Below are positions 15,736-32,684 of a stretch of 64,000 nucleotides of DNA, piece by piece. The stretch is taken from the NCBI RefSeq assembly GCF_009914755.1, contig NC_060941.1; one strand, 5' to 3'. Origin of the DNA: the human T2T-CHM13v2.0 reference genome, Homo sapiens. How positions within the stretch are numbered: position 1 is the stretch's first letter; every line of letters starts with the position of its first letter. The notes under the pieces were generated by a model, which had not been told where the DNA came from, made no database searches, and worked only from the letters and a program-made list of their open reading frames with translations. The position numbers and the translations under genes were made by a program.

Positions 15736-16656
15736 CACAAAATAACAAGCATTGGCAAGGATGTGGAGAAATTGGATTTGTTTGGAGTCCCCCTGCTTTC
15801 CAGTCATTGAGTTTATTGCTCTGGGGCGCAGACTCTGGGAGGATGTGGTGCATTGCTGGTGGGAATTCAACATGGCATCGCCGCTGTGGAAAATCGTATG
15901 GCATGTTCTTCAAAAAGTCAAGCATAGAATTATCACATGATCTAACAATTTCACTTTTAGGTAAAGACCCAAACGAATTGAAAACAGGAACTCAAACAGA
16001 TACTTGCACACCAATATTAATAGAAGCATTATTCAAAACAGCAAAATGGTAGAAGCAACTCAAATGTCCATCAACAGAGAAGCAATGAACAGATAAACAA
16101 AATATGATTTATACATAGAGTGGAAAGTTATTCAGCCTTAAAAAGGAATGAAATTCAGATATATGCTGCATCATGGATGAACCTTGAGAACATTATGCTG
16201 AGTGAAGTAAGTCAGTCATAAAAGGACAAATATTGTATAATTCCACTAATATTAGATACCTAGAATAGGCAAATTCACAGAGGCAGAGACAGCAAGTATG
16301 ACAGAGGTTATCAGGGACTGGGGAAGGGATGAAAGGGAAGTTACTGTTTAATGGGTACAGAGTCTCTGTTTGGAATGATGAGAAGGTTCTGGAAATGGAT
16401 AGCAGTAATGGTTGCTCAATATTGTGAATGTACTTAATGCCATTGAATTATATACTTAAAAATGGTTAAGATGGTAAATTTTACATATCCATATTTTACC
16501 AAAATAGCAAACTAGACCACACTTACATGCAAATATCGATATAACATTTAAAAGTAGATATCAACTCATTGAATTCAGCAATGGATTGTAATTATAATGT
16601 ACTACAATTTCAGCCTACTGACAATCATAGAAATAAATATTAAAATGAGAGTGGCA

Positions 16657-16972
<316 letters not shown>

Positions 16973-17405
16973 TTATGACAAAAGATAATGACATCCAGTA
17001 TTGGCAAGGATAGGATATGAGAAAATTTCCAGTCATACATAGTTGGTGAGAAGAGAAATTAGTATAGCCTTTCTGGGTGATTGCTGGACAATATTTATCA
17101 AAATTCAAAATATTCATACTTTTTTGTCTAAGCAATTCGACCTTTAAAAACCTATCTGAAGGGAAATATTGGACAAATGGATAAATGATATGTATAACAG
17201 CATTCATTAAAACATTGTTAACAATAGAGTACAACCAGAAAAAAAAAATAAAGGCACAATTATAGAGTACCAAGTAAATAAATTAATCTGTGCAACAAAA
17301 TACTATGCAGTTATAAAATTATGGTGTACATCTGTATTGGCTGAATTCGGAAGATACAATACCATTTACAATAGCTCCAAATTTTTTTTTTTAAATAAAT
17401 ATTTA

Positions 17406-17794
<389 letters not shown>

Positions 17795-17883
17795 TTAGAT
17801 AAATCACAGAAGACCTAAATAAATGGAGAGAAATACTGTGTTCATTGTTTGGAAGACCCAGTATAGTTAAGATGTCAATTCTC

Positions 17884-18194
<311 letters not shown>

Positions 18195-18336
18195 TCATTT
18201 ACATATTTAAGGTAATTCCAATAAAAATACCAGCAGGATTTTTTTTTGTAGATACATATAAGTCAATTCTAAAGTTTATAGGGAAAGGCAGAGGAATTGG
18301 ATTAGCCAAACAGTTTTGAAAATGAATAATGCCTGA

Positions 18337-18645
<309 letters not shown>

Positions 18646-19091
18646 TTCGCACTCCTTATTTTAAGAATTACTATAAAGTTATTAGTGAAGGGCTAGACAC
18701 ATAAATCAATGGAACAGAACGAAGAGTTCGGAAGCAGGCCCACACAGATATGGCTAATTGATTTTTGATAAAGTTGTAAAGGCAAGTCAATGGAGAAAGG
18801 AGTCTTTTCAACAAATGGTGATGGAACAATTGATCATCGATATGCAAAACAAGAAGCAAAACCTTGACGTAAATTCCAGACCTTACACAAAAATAAACTA
18901 AAAGTGGACATAGATTTGAATGTAAAATTCAAAACAATAAACTTTTAGAAGAAAGCATAGGAAAAAATCCTTGTAACCTCATGTGAAGGAAGAAGTTTTT
19001 AGATACAATACCAAAGCATGATCCATAAGAGGAAAAACATGACAAATTAGACTTCATCAAAATTTAAAACTTTGGTTTTATGACAGATACC

Positions 19092-19470
19092 TTTAACAAA
19101 ATGAAAAAACGGGCCGGGCACAGTGGCTCACACCTGTAATCCCAACATTTGGGAGGCCAAGGTGGGTGGATCACCTGAGGTCAGGAGTTCAAGACTAGCC
19201 TGGCCAATATAGTGAAACCCCATTTCTACTAAAAATACAAACATTAGTTGGCTGTGGTGGCTCATGCCTGTAATCCCAGTTACTCAGGAGGCTGAGGCAG
19301 GAGAATCACTTGAACCCGGGCAGCAGAGGTTGTAGTGAGCTGAGATCGTGCCACTGGACTCTAGCCTGGGTGACAGAGCGAGACTCCATCTCAGAAACAA
19401 AACAAAACAAAACAAAACAAAACAAAACAAAACAAAACAACAATAAAATAAAATAAAATAATAAAATAAA
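19092..19470 (+). mobile_element. Alu with (AAAAC)n/(AAAAT)n microsatellite tail
   Basis: Alu consensus and pentanucleotide tail. Confidence 0.95.
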
Positions 19471-19805
19471 ATGAAGAAGCAAAGTATAGACCTAGAGAAA
19501 ATATTTGCAAATCACGTCTGACAAAGAAAAAAAAAAGAAAACTAGGATAAATAAATAACTCTCAAAATTCAACAGTAAGAAAACAAATAATACTCCCCAA
19601 ATGGGCAAAAGATCTAAATAAATACTTTACTAAAAAAGATATGTGGATGGCAAATAAACACATTAAAAAAATGCTCAATGCTATCAGCAGTTTGGGAAAG
19701 GCAGATGAAAACCATGAGATCTCACTATATGCCTATTAGAATGACTAAGATTTTAAAATGAGCAATAGAAAGTGCTGGAGAGCACACGGAGGAACTGAAA
19801 TTCTC

Positions 19806-19914
19806 TCTTTTTAAAAATTATACTTTAAGTTCTGGGATACATGTGCAGAACGTGCAGGTTTGTTACATTGGTATACACGTGCCATGGTGGTTTGCTGCAC
19901 CCATCAACCCGTCA
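19806..19914 (-). mobile_element. Very short 5'-truncated L1PA insertion
   Basis: attatactttaagttctgggatacatgtgcagaacgtgcagg is the L1PA 3' end; 18-bp TSD with 2 mismatches (19788-19805 / 19915-19932). Confidence 0.88.
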
Positions 19915-20529
19915 GGAGGAATTGGAATTCTCATACGTTACTGGTGAGAATGCAAAATGGCACAGCCGTTCTGGAAAACAGTTTGACAATTTCTCATAAA
20001 GTTATGCGTCACTTACTGTATGATCCCGTAATCCCTAGCTTTTTCCTCCAGAGAAATAAAAACTTATGTTCACACAAACACCTGCTCATGGATATATATA
20101 GCAGCTCTATTCAGAATGGCCCCAAACTGGAAACAACACAAATGCCTTCAGTGGGTACGTGAATGAGCAAACTGTGATACACCCACACAGCAGAATCCTC
20201 GGCATTAAAAAGAGAACTACGTGCAACGACACGCGTGAATCTCAGAGACATGCTGAGTAAAGGCAGCCAGGCGCTAAATCCTGCATGCCGTATGGTTCCA
20301 TTTATATGACATTCTAGAAACGAAAATAAAAACTACAGGGTCAGAAAATAGGTCAGTGTCAGATAAAGGAGTCTTTATCTCTTTTTTAGTCGAACTTTTA
20401 ATTCTGAGATAACTGTAAATTCCCATGCAGTGGCAAGAAATAGCACAGAGTTTCTGGGTACCCTTTACCCAGTTTCCCCCCAGTGATAACATCTTGCAAA
20501 CAATGTTACTGTATCAAAATCAAGATATT

Positions 20530-20906
<377 letters not shown>

Positions 20907-22812
20907 TTACCTTTTAATGATACACACTAAACTACAAAAAAAGTGATATTACTTACCCATAAACAGTGGGGTCACAGGTAATTTTTAATACATTTCTACA
21001 TTTTCTGATTTCTTAATCTTAAGTACATTTGACCTTATTTTTTACTGTGTAACAGATGGCACACACAAAAGAAGAGAGCTAATATATTATGTTCAGGGAC
21101 ATAGTAATTACATGAACATCTGGGAGCCCGCCAGTCAATTTAAGAACGTTGTGCTGTGGGTTTAACGTTTAAAATAAAAACAACAACAACAATAAAACTA
21201 TTAAAATAATCCCCCTTTACCCCTCCCTGGGCTCCAGGGACTCCTGTACTAAGAGGCTGATCCATGCTGTGCTGTGGGCGTGACTGACTGGAGTCTGAAG
21301 AATTGAGTTTGAGTCTGGGGCTCCCATCATTGGCCTGTGTGGCCCATTTCTGGCCTCTCTGAGCCTCAGCCACCTCCTTTGTGAGATCACACACCTAAAA
21401 GCACAAGGTAGAATGTCAGACTATTGAACAACACCTTGTAGATAAAGAGCTGGGCTTGGAGATCGGGGACTTGAAACCCCAGTACAGAGAGGAACGTGTC
21501 AACCATCCATGCCGTTCTGTCTAAAAATGCTCCCTGGCCTGTTTTTGTGAATAAAAGTAGGCATTGAAATTGGAATGAATGATGCAAATTCAAACATGAA
21601 AACTCCAACTTTCTGAAATTTTTTTTCATGAAAATGAGACTCTGGCTGAGTTTGAGGCATTTCCAGTCTAAGGGGGAGGAGCTGAAAATGGCAAGACAGT
21701 GTGAGCAGAGGCATTGCGTGGGGTAGACAGGCAGGTGGGCATGAGGCAGATTCAGGTCCTGCCCCCACAACCAGTGGTGGAGGGAAGTCAAGAGGAGCTT
21801 TCCAGATGGGATGGGCTGGGGTTCCCAGGTCCCCCTCTGTGACCTGTGTGGATGTGGAGAACGACCATTATAACCTCCCCCTGAACTGCCCCACCAGGTC
21901 CAAGCCACCATCATCTCTTGTATGAATCATGGCAGTACCCCTATGGGGTCTCCCAGCTTCCGTTCTTTCCCCTTATAATCCATTTTCTGATTCAAGATCT
22001 CTAATGGCTTCTCCTTGATCTTCTAGTGAACGCCACGCTGCTGACAAGCTCACCTGATTGGGCTCCAGCGCACCTCTCCAGCTGCATCTCATCCTGCCAA
22101 ACTTGGTCCTACCTCAGGACCTTTGCACACCCCTGCCTGGAGCACCCTTCCCCCAGCTTTCCCCACAGCTGGCTCCCCCTCGACATTCAGGTCTTGTTGT
22201 CAATGTCACTGCCTCAGAGGCCTTTCCTGAACATCCTGTCCAAAATAGCCCTCCCTGTCACACTCTAGCACACTCTGATTTTATTCATAGCATTTATCAG
22301 TATGGAAATTTTTCCTGTCAGGCTTAGTTTTCTTGGCTAGTCATTAGAATGCGAACTCGGCAAATACTGGGATGGGGCGTGTCTCCTTCACTGCAGCATG
22401 TCCAGCATCTAGGGCAGCAGCCACTCAGTGGACAATGAATACCTATTTTAGATAAATATTTGATGAATGAATGAAAGTGAAGAATATTGCCAAAAGCCAC
22501 GTGGCCATGAAGGATAGAACCAGGGCTAGAGCCCAGATCTCAACCTGGGGCGTGGGGTCATGGCCACTTCCCCTGACGTCCGCATGCCTTCCTTTCCCCT
22601 CTGTAAACCTCACAGAACCCCCCTGTCTTTGTGAAATAAAATGAACACAAACTCCTGTCTGGGGCGGCCTGGGTTAATAATGAACACGGGGCAGCCTCGA
22701 AAGAAAAGAAATCTCACAGATAAAGACTAAAAGAGAAGTGTAAGATACCAGGAATTTTTGTGGCAAATGGAGAGTGCTTCTGGGCTGATTTTTAATTGAA
22801 AGTAAAATTCCC

Positions 22813-23089
<277 letters not shown>

Positions 23090-23467
23090 CTAAGAAACTT
23101 TACCAGTAACTGTCAGAAAGCCTCCCTATTCATTTGCTCATTCCTTCATTCACTCACGCATTCACTCATCAAACATTTATTCAGCGTTTCTATATATTTG
23201 TGCAGGTGCTGCTTCCTTGCTCCTCCCACAGGAGACCTTTGTGGTCGATTTCCTGTCCTTTGGGGCTGCTGACCACACCAGTGTGGGGGAAGAGCCCCCA
23301 GGGGATGAGCTTGCACGTAGACAGGAAATGGAAATAGAAGCAGCTCATTCTTAAAATGCATCAACATCAAATGTGTCTTCGTTTCAGGAATGAGAAGAAT
23401 TTTTTAGGAAATAAAGCTTGCCCTTTCAAGCACCAAACCATGCCTCTGAATGTTTTCTCAATTAATC

Positions 23468-23768
23468 TTTTTTTTTTTTTTTTTTTTTTGAGACAGTTTT
23501 GCTCTTGTCGCCCAGGCTGGAGTGCAGTGACGCGATCTCGGCTCACTGCAACCTCCGCCTCCTGGGTTCAAACGATTCTCCTGCCTTAGCCTCCCTGAGG
23601 CTAGGAATTACAGGCACCCGCCGCCACCCCTGGCTAATTTTTGTATTTTTAGTAGAGACAGGGTTTCGCCATGTTAGCCAGGCTGGTCTCGAACTCCTGA
23701 CCTCAGGTGATCCACCCACCTCGGCCTCCCAGAGTGCTGGGATTAGAGGCGTGAGCCAGGCGCCTGGC
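23468..23768 (-). mobile_element. Alu
   Basis: Reverse Alu consensus. Confidence 0.95.
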
Positions 23769-24604
23769 TGTTTTCTCAATGAGTCTCAATGGAAGCTCAT
23801 TGTATGCACCGTGCCATAAAACGGTGGCGATGGCAGGAGCTATCAGTAGGCGAGGGTAGCCCTATCCTACATTGAGTGGCTGTTACTGTTTGACTTCTCA
23901 TGTATGATTCCTCATTTCAGCAGCACCAGCTGTGTTCTGCACTTAGTGGGTGAGTGGAGGCTGCAGTCCAGCCCACCGCTCTGCTGGCCTTTTTGTAATT
24001 TACTCAGGCAGGGAGGGTGAGGTTTTGCAATTCATCCATCCAAAGAGGAACTTGCTGTAATTTGTCTACTCAGAGGGGTGCCTCTTTCTGATTTGAACAA
24101 AGTGCCTTCTGTGTTGGCTGCAGCCCTGCCTGGGCTGTGTCTGCTCCTCCACCCAACTGCCAGTTTGCTGAAGGCTGGGAAGCCGGATAAGCACATGCAA
24201 TTGTCTTGTATGTAAAATGAAGAAACAAAGCCTGAGAACTGATCAATGAAAAGAGCATCAAACTTCCATCCATGGACTTGCAACTTCTATTTGCTCAGAG
24301 GGCCCTCTGGCTGTCTTCTGAGTTCCTGGCAGTGTTTTGGGTGGCTGAGGTTGGTGAGTAAATCAAAGAGCCTCTTCAGAACATAATCCATGGGGCAGAA
24401 ATTGCACAAGACCTGAGAGGTTAGAGATGAATGAATGAGACATAGTCCTTGCCCCCTGGGGCTGCGTGGTCTACCAGTCTGTCACCTCATAATGACCGCA
24501 GGGTGGCTGTACTTGCCCAAGACCCCTGGAACAGACGTCACACACCTATGGCCCACCATTAGCACACTGAAACTGTCTCACCGCCCCATGCACGCAGCAT
24601 GCTT

Positions 24605-25139
24605 GTGATGGTTTATGTGTCAACTTGACCAGGCCAAGGGAGGCCCAGATGGCTCGTGAAGCATTATTTCTGGAGGTGTCCATGAGGCTATTTCCAGGAA
24701 AGATGAGCATCTGAATGCAGGGAGTGAGTCAAGATCTGCCCTCAGCCATGTGGGTGGGCATCACGTGATCTGCTGAGGGCCTGAATAGGAGAAGAGGGAG
24801 GAGGAAGGGCAGATGTGCTCTCTGTGCTTCAGCTGGGACATCCATCCTGCCCTTGGACAAAATCAGCGCTCTTGGTTCTCCAGCCTTCGGACTTGGACTG
24901 AGACTGACGCCGTCATCTTCCCTGGTTCTCAGGCCTTTGGACTCAGACTGGAATTACACCACTGACTTTCCTGGGCCTCTAGTTTACAGACCACGGATTA
25001 CAGACTTCTCAGCCTCCACAATCACAGGAGCCAATCCCTGCTAATACATCCTTTTGTTCTCTACCCACTCCCCACCCACCTCCCAGTCTCTCTCTCTATC
25101 CTATTTGTTGTGTTCCTCTGGAGTGGCCTGACTAATACA
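24605..25139 (+). mobile_element. MLT2-type ERVL LTR
   Basis: tgtgatggtt...tgtcaacttgac start; ctgactaataca end. Confidence 0.85.
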
Positions 25140-25319
25140 ATGCTTAAGAAGACTAACCATTTCGCAGACTCATGTAAGAGACTCTCAGAGACTTTGCTCT
25201 GTCTAGTATATTTTTAAAATTCACTTTTCACATAAAAAACCATGCGTATGGTAAAAATCTGAAAGGCACAGATAGCTATGCAGTGAAAAGCCAGACTCCT
25301 TCTTAGCTATCCTCTGGCC

Positions 25320-25715
25320 CAAGGGTCCCCAAACCCCAGGCTGCGGACGGGCACTGATCCGTGGGCCGTTAGGAACTAGGGACACAGCAGCAGGTGAGTG
25401 GCTGGTGAGCCACCAGGACCGCCTGAGCTCCGCCTCCTGGGGGGGGGGGCGGTGTGGGCATAAGATTCTCATAGAAGCTCGAACCCTATTGTGAACTGCG
25501 CATGCAAGGGATCCAGGCTGCCCGTTTCTTAAGAGAATCTAATACCTGATGATCTGAGGTGGAGCAGTTTCATCCCGAATCCATCCCCATCCCCAGCCCC
25601 AGCCCCAGCCCCCTTCCCCACCCAGTAAACCCCTACCCACCCCCAAACCCCTTCCGTGGAAAAATTGCCTTCCATGAAACTGGTTCCTGGTGTCAAAAAG
25701 GTTGGGGACCACTGC
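25320..25715. mobile_element. MER1-type hAT-Charlie DNA transposon
   Basis: Terminal gggtccccaaacc / ggttggggaccactg; internal gaaccctattgtgaactgcgcatgc. Confidence 0.82.
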
Positions 25716-26071
25716 TCTGGCCCATCAGTTTCCTTCCCCAGGAGAAGCCACAGTTTTTGGAAATTTGAATCTGTGGCCAACATTTAAAAGTCATATTTCA
25801 TATAAAAATCAAGATTTCCAGCTTTTGCTTAAAATAAGTAACTGGAAGATCTAGCAACACCAGACCCACAATCTCGTGTGGCAACAATTAGCTGGAGTTG
25901 ACATGCAGCTTCCCTGTAGAAGGGCCATGTGCTCCCCAGGGCTTCAGTGTCCCTATTGAGTTCACAATGGGGACTCTGAAGCCGGGGGCAGTGCCAGGCA
26001 CACCACACCAGCACTATCAGCCTGTCCACATCATCATTTATGCTACCTATTGGGCTCTTGAAAGCAGACAC

Positions 26072-26365
26072 GGGCCGGGCACGGGCTCACGCCTGTAATC
26101 ACAGCATTTTGGGAGGCCAAGGCAGGTGGATCACAAGGTCAGGAGTTCAAGACCAGCCTGGCCAACATGGTGAAACCCCGTCTCTACTAAAAATACAAAA
26201 ATTACCTGGGTGTGGTGGTCCCAGCTACTCAGGAGGCTGAGGCAGGAGAATTGCTTGAATCTGGGAGGCAGAAGTTGCAGCGAGCCAAGATCGCGCCACT
26301 GCACTCCAGCCTGGGTGACAGAGTGAGACTCTGTCTCAAAAAAAAAAAAAAAAAGAAAGAAAGAA
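26072..26365 (+). mobile_element. Alu
   Basis: Alu consensus; TSD gaaagcagac. Confidence 0.95.
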
Positions 26366-26545
26366 AGCAGACGTGTTGGCAATCCATGTTCTATATTGTG
26401 GTTCAAGTTGTGGTTCACAAAGAGAAAAGTTAATTGCAGAATGTCTGAAATGGGCTGGGCATTAGGGTTGCCACACAGGGCCCATAGAAGTCTTTCAACA
26501 AACACAGTGCATCTCTGTACTTCTCCCTAGCACCCGATGCCCTAT

Positions 26546-27330
26546 ACAGCAATCCTCCCTTATCTGCAGTTTCACTTTCTGCAATTTCAGTTGCTCAAGG
26601 TCAACTGTGGTCCAAAAATATTAAATGAAAAATTCTAGAAAGAAATGACTCCTAAATTTTAAATTGCACACTGTTCTGAGGAGCATGATGAAACCTCTCA
26701 CCGTTCTGGTCTGTCCTGCCCGGAATGTGAAGCGTCCCTTTGTTCAGTGGGTGTACGCAGTGTGTGCTACCTGACTGTAAGCCACTTGCTAGCCATCATG
26801 GTTATCAGATAAACTGTCGTGGTATCACAGTGCTTGTGTTCAAGTCACCCTTATTTTACTTACTCATGGCCCCAAGTTGCAAGAGAAGTGATGCTGGCAA
26901 TTGAGATATGCCAAGGGGATGCCTAAGACCTCCAATAGTACTGAACCTGGCTGCTGTCAGTCAGCCAAGGAGAAGCTGTCAAGTGCTTCCTTGAAGTGAG
27001 TGAAAAGGCGAAAGTTCTCATCTTAACAAGGAAAGAAAAAAGTCGTATGTTGAAGTAGCTAAGATCTATGGTAAGAACAAATCTTCTAGCCATGAAATTG
27101 TGAAGGAAAAACAAATTTTTGCTAGTTTTGCTGTCTCAGCTGAAACTGCAAAGTTATGGCCACAGTGTATGATAAGTGCTTCATTAAGATAGAAAGGGCA
27201 TTAAATGTGTGGGTGCAAGACCTGAGCAGAAATGTGTTCTGATTGACAGTAGCCAGGTTCAGTACTATTGGAGGTCTGAGTCATCCCCTGGGGGTCTTGG
27301 AGTGTGTCCCCTGCAGGTAAGGGGACTACG
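26546..27330 (+). mobile_element. MER44 (Tigger7-derived) DNA transposon
   Basis: Termini cccttatctgcag... / ...ctgcaggtaaggggactac; internal ggtcaactgtggtccaaaaatattaaatg. Confidence 0.8.
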
Positions 27331-28528
27331 CTATTGCATTTGTTTATTATCTGGCTGCTGTCACTAAAATATAAGCTCCCCATGGGAAGGGGCTCCATTT
27401 TGCTCACTGTTGAGTCCCCATTACCTGACACTGTTTATACCACATGGAAGGCCCTTGATAAATATGCTCGAATGAATGAATGTCAGGCACTCATATGAAG
27501 ACAAGGCAGAGTCACTGTCCCAAAGCTACTCTTGGGCTGGATGACAGAAACAAGTTTGTTGGGCATGGTTGCTACAATAAATGACACAGGAAACAGAGAT
27601 TACTTTGATGCTCAGAATACTGCAAAGAAGACACTGGTCCCATAAGAAATGTGGAGACAGACACAATGGTGAGAAGGACATTGTGCCTCACTGACCTGGC
27701 AGCTACCTCTGTCACCTGGGGGTGGCTGATCTTTCTCGGGCCGTATCACGGACAGCTAAGGCTGCAATGTTTGACTGCTGCTTTTGTGCCACAAGGGCAA
27801 TGTGCAAGGTACTGACCAATCAAACATGCCATGAGCATGTTTTAGATGAGCATGTCAGGGCTCATCTAAAAATTCCTCTCCCTCCCCCCGTAGCGCAAGA
27901 ATACGACATTACAGGACAGCAATACACCATCCTCCGCCCACAGTCAGCAAGACTCCTGGCAGCCAAAATAGGCAGCGGGAAAGTGGCTGAGGGACAAATC
28001 CCAACAACCTGGGAGATGTCCTGTGGTCACTCCCCACCCACTGTGCCCACTCACTTACACTGCCCACAGCATTCACTCATGGTTTCACTTATTCCATAGT
28101 TCCTGAGCACCTTCTATGTGTCAGACATTGTTCCAGGTCCCAGGGATGTGGCAATAAGTTAAAATACACAAAATGCCTGCTCTCAGAAAGTTTGCACTCT
28201 AGTGGGTGTGTAGGGGACAGAAAATCAACCAAATAATTAAATCGTATATGATAAGTGCTATAAGAATAAAGTTGGGAAGGGGAAGGAGGGGTTCTAGAGT
28301 TGGGGAGGGGTGTGCAGTGTCTAGATATAGATACATGGATATGTAGATATTTAAATATAGATTTAAATTTAAACTTTTAAATTTTATTGTCAATTGATAT
28401 ATTATAATTGCATATATTTATGGGGTACAAAGTGATATTATGATAGACGTATATAATGTGGAGTGATGAAATAAGGCTAATTAACATATCCATCTAATAC
28501 CTATCCTTTTCCTGGTGAAAACATTTGA

Positions 28529-28988
<460 letters not shown>

Positions 28989-29191
28989 AGTTTCCAAAAG
29001 GATGATGAGAGAGATCTCCTGAGGAGGTGCCATTTGAGTGGGAACCTAAAAAAGGCCCGACAGCAAGCCATGCGGTATCTGCAGGAAGAACGCTCTAAGC
29101 AAAGAGAATAGCCAAGTCCTGAGTTGCAAGGGTGCCCAGTGTTTTTAAGGGACAGCGTTTGGGGTGCAATGAGTGGGGGACACTAGGAAGA

Positions 29192-29680
29192 TGTTGGGAG
29201 ACAATTCTCCATAGGTTTCTGTTTGTGCATGCCTGGTGAGCATTCTTCTGCACCATCTTTTCAAATACGTTTGTATAGCAAACAGCCTTGGAAGATACTG
29301 TCCATTCTAGGACAGAAGACTAATTTGCTGTCAATATAATAGAGATAATGTCTCCTTTCAGGGTAAAAGTTGGGCAGGTTTGTTTGCAGCTCGTCATGAA
29401 AATTTGGGGTTTCCTAGGCTCAGGGTTCCTGGGCTATGATGCAACAGAGTCCATTTGGATTGGGCTCCTTGCGGCGCCCCTAGGACTTAGGGGAAAGGGG
29501 GACCTATAATCACAATGTTCATGCTCCTAGTTGTGCTGTGAGTAATAGAGTTCTTTGTCTCTGACTCTGGAGTCTCATGTCTTCTGCTGGTGACCATGAA
29601 GCTGTGGTGGGCTAACTTGTTAGTTCTAAGTTAACTTATAACTAACAGATCCTTCTAACTTATAACCCAGGTCCTTCACA
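29192..29680. mobile_element. ERV LTR remnant (probably ERV1 class)
   Basis: tgttgggagacaattctccat start; gagtaatagagttctttgtctctgac polyA-region text. Confidence 0.55.
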
Positions 29681-29992
<312 letters not shown>

Positions 29993-31410
29993 CCTTCACA
30001 GTTCCTGGCAGAGGGATGAGATCAGAGACAAAGAATGAAGGGATGAATGAATTGGGATTCAGAGAGCATTCTTCCTTAAACACAGAACATCAGCACTGAA
30101 CAAGTCGCAGGCCAGGTGCACACACACAGCTCATCACTCCCTTGGGGTACAACAAGCCCAAGGACTGACCACAGAACCATAGAAGCCTTCTATGGACACG
30201 GCAAAAAGAAGCAAATGGGGACCACCTGTTCACAGCTGCTGCTCCCTGTTGTTGGTGTGAGATAAAGTGGGGGTGACCTCCTGGATAGAGGAGAAGACTG
30301 AAGTAAGAGGGCTTGGAGGAAGATCTGAGGAAGCCTGGCTCAGGTTCAGAGTTTCTGAACCTGAAGATTCTGAACATGAAGATTCCAGATCTGACTGTCC
30401 CTTGTCCCCCCATCCCCCCAGCTCACCATTGCTGGCTTCTCGGACAAGCTGTTCAGACAGAAGAACCCACCACCTAGGCCTCCCTATACCTGCAGGAATA
30501 AAGCCTGGGCAGAAAAGATGTGGAGCTTCCAGGCCTCCCTATACCACAGCTGCAGGAATAAAGCCCTGGCAGAAAAGACGGGGAGCTTCCCAGGGCCACA
30601 CTCTGTCTGCCTCCTGTCCTCCAGCCACTCCTGTGGCACAGAGAGAGGGGACCTGCAGAGCCTGGGTCACCTGCCTCTGTTGCCTCCCCTCTTCTCCCAC
30701 CAGAGCTGCCTCGTGCCCTCAGGGTTTCAGGGGCAGCTCAGGCTTGCCAGACGTCATAGCTGTGTTTTTTTTTTTTTTGGATCGGAGCGTGTGGTGAGTG
30801 AGCTGGCAGTGAGGGACTAAGGGAGTGAGAGGACAGAGCTCTGGGTCCTGAGGGGGCCCCCTCAACCTTTAGCCCTTGCCCCCATGAGGTCTACTTCTCA
30901 GATTCCCAAGGAGCCGGGAGGTGAGGGTCCTGCTGCCCTGGCTGGCCCCCGTGGACAAGGACAGGCCTGTTTCCTCAGCTGTGTCTGCTTCTGGCTGGAA
31001 GGAAACACCTGGATATGAAAGAGCCAGTGGGGTGGGGGTGGGGGAGCATTGTTCCCAGGGGCAGGGAAGCTTGGTGGGATCTGAATTCAGGTGGGGCCTG
31101 AATGCAGCAGGGACCAGATGGCGATGACTGCAGCTTGGCATCTGCAGCCACCGTGTCAGCCGAGGCGCTTTCGTGGAGACAGTGTAGGGCCTGCAGCAGG
31201 TTCTAGTGTGAGGCAGCGGGGCATGGTGGCCAGGCAGGTGGCATTCCAATCCTGTTAATAGGGCAACTTGGGCTGCTTGCTTAAAACCTCCGTGCCTCAG
31301 TTCCCCTATCTTAAAGGGGACCTGACAACAACACCTACCTCATAGGCTTGTCATGAGACTAAATGAGATGATATTTGAAAACCACATAGAGCTAAATAAA
31401 TAAATGGACC

Positions 31411-31742
<332 letters not shown>

Positions 31743-32684
31743 CTAGCTGTGCTCCCCCCAACACCTGACTTTCCCACTTGCTTTCCTGCCTCTGGGGGTT
31801 TGCACACTTTGCTCCCCATTGCTGAGGTGCCTCTTGCCTCCTCTTTGCACACCAGGTCCTCCCTTGAGCCTCAGCCAGGCACCACCTTCCACGGGACCCT
31901 CCCTGAGCCCGCACCCTGCAGTCTCTTTCATCCTGCACACACCACACACCTCCTGGCTCGCTGAGGACCCTGAAGGCTCTGAGTTGGTCACTCGCAGCTG
32001 TGTTCAGACCCTCTTTGCAAGCAGTCAGCCCTTCAAGGACAGAGACCAGGCCTCGGTCAGACTCTGGCACACATAGAAGATACTGGATTTGTGTATAGGA
32101 AGAGAATCAGCCAGACCAGCATGACTTTCACCAAATTCCCCAGGAAAGTGATGGGCAGATGATGTCCCAGAAAGGGCACAGACTGGGACCCAGATGTTTC
32201 ACACTGAGTCCTGCTCCTTGCTAACCCACTCTGCAATCTTTGGCAAGTTGCTTCATCTCCCTAAGCCTCAGTCTTCTGTTCTATAAAATGGCACTAAAAC
32301 ACTTATCCAGTCAACCTCTAAATGCTGGTGAGAATCAAATGGGAAAATGGGTGTACTCTGCAGCACCGGGCATCAATCATTAGTCCTATTATTAACAGCA
32401 TGTACAGGATTCCAGAAGAAAGGAGAGTCCTTCTCACAGGGTCCCGTGTCTTTTCATCTTGTGAAAATGGGCTGAAACAATCTTAACTTGGCAGAATTAC
32501 CCTGCAGTGTCTGAGGTCACCCTTCTCAGAAAGACGGCCCTGGCAGCCCTGAGCCTGGATAAATAAGAGCCAGGGGTGTTTCAGCCCCCCCAGGGGCTCC
32601 CCTTCCAGGTCCCTCCGTTCCACCCCTCTATCTGTTCTGCTCAGATCTGCCTGCCTGGCGATCTCCATCCAAGCCAGCACTTAC

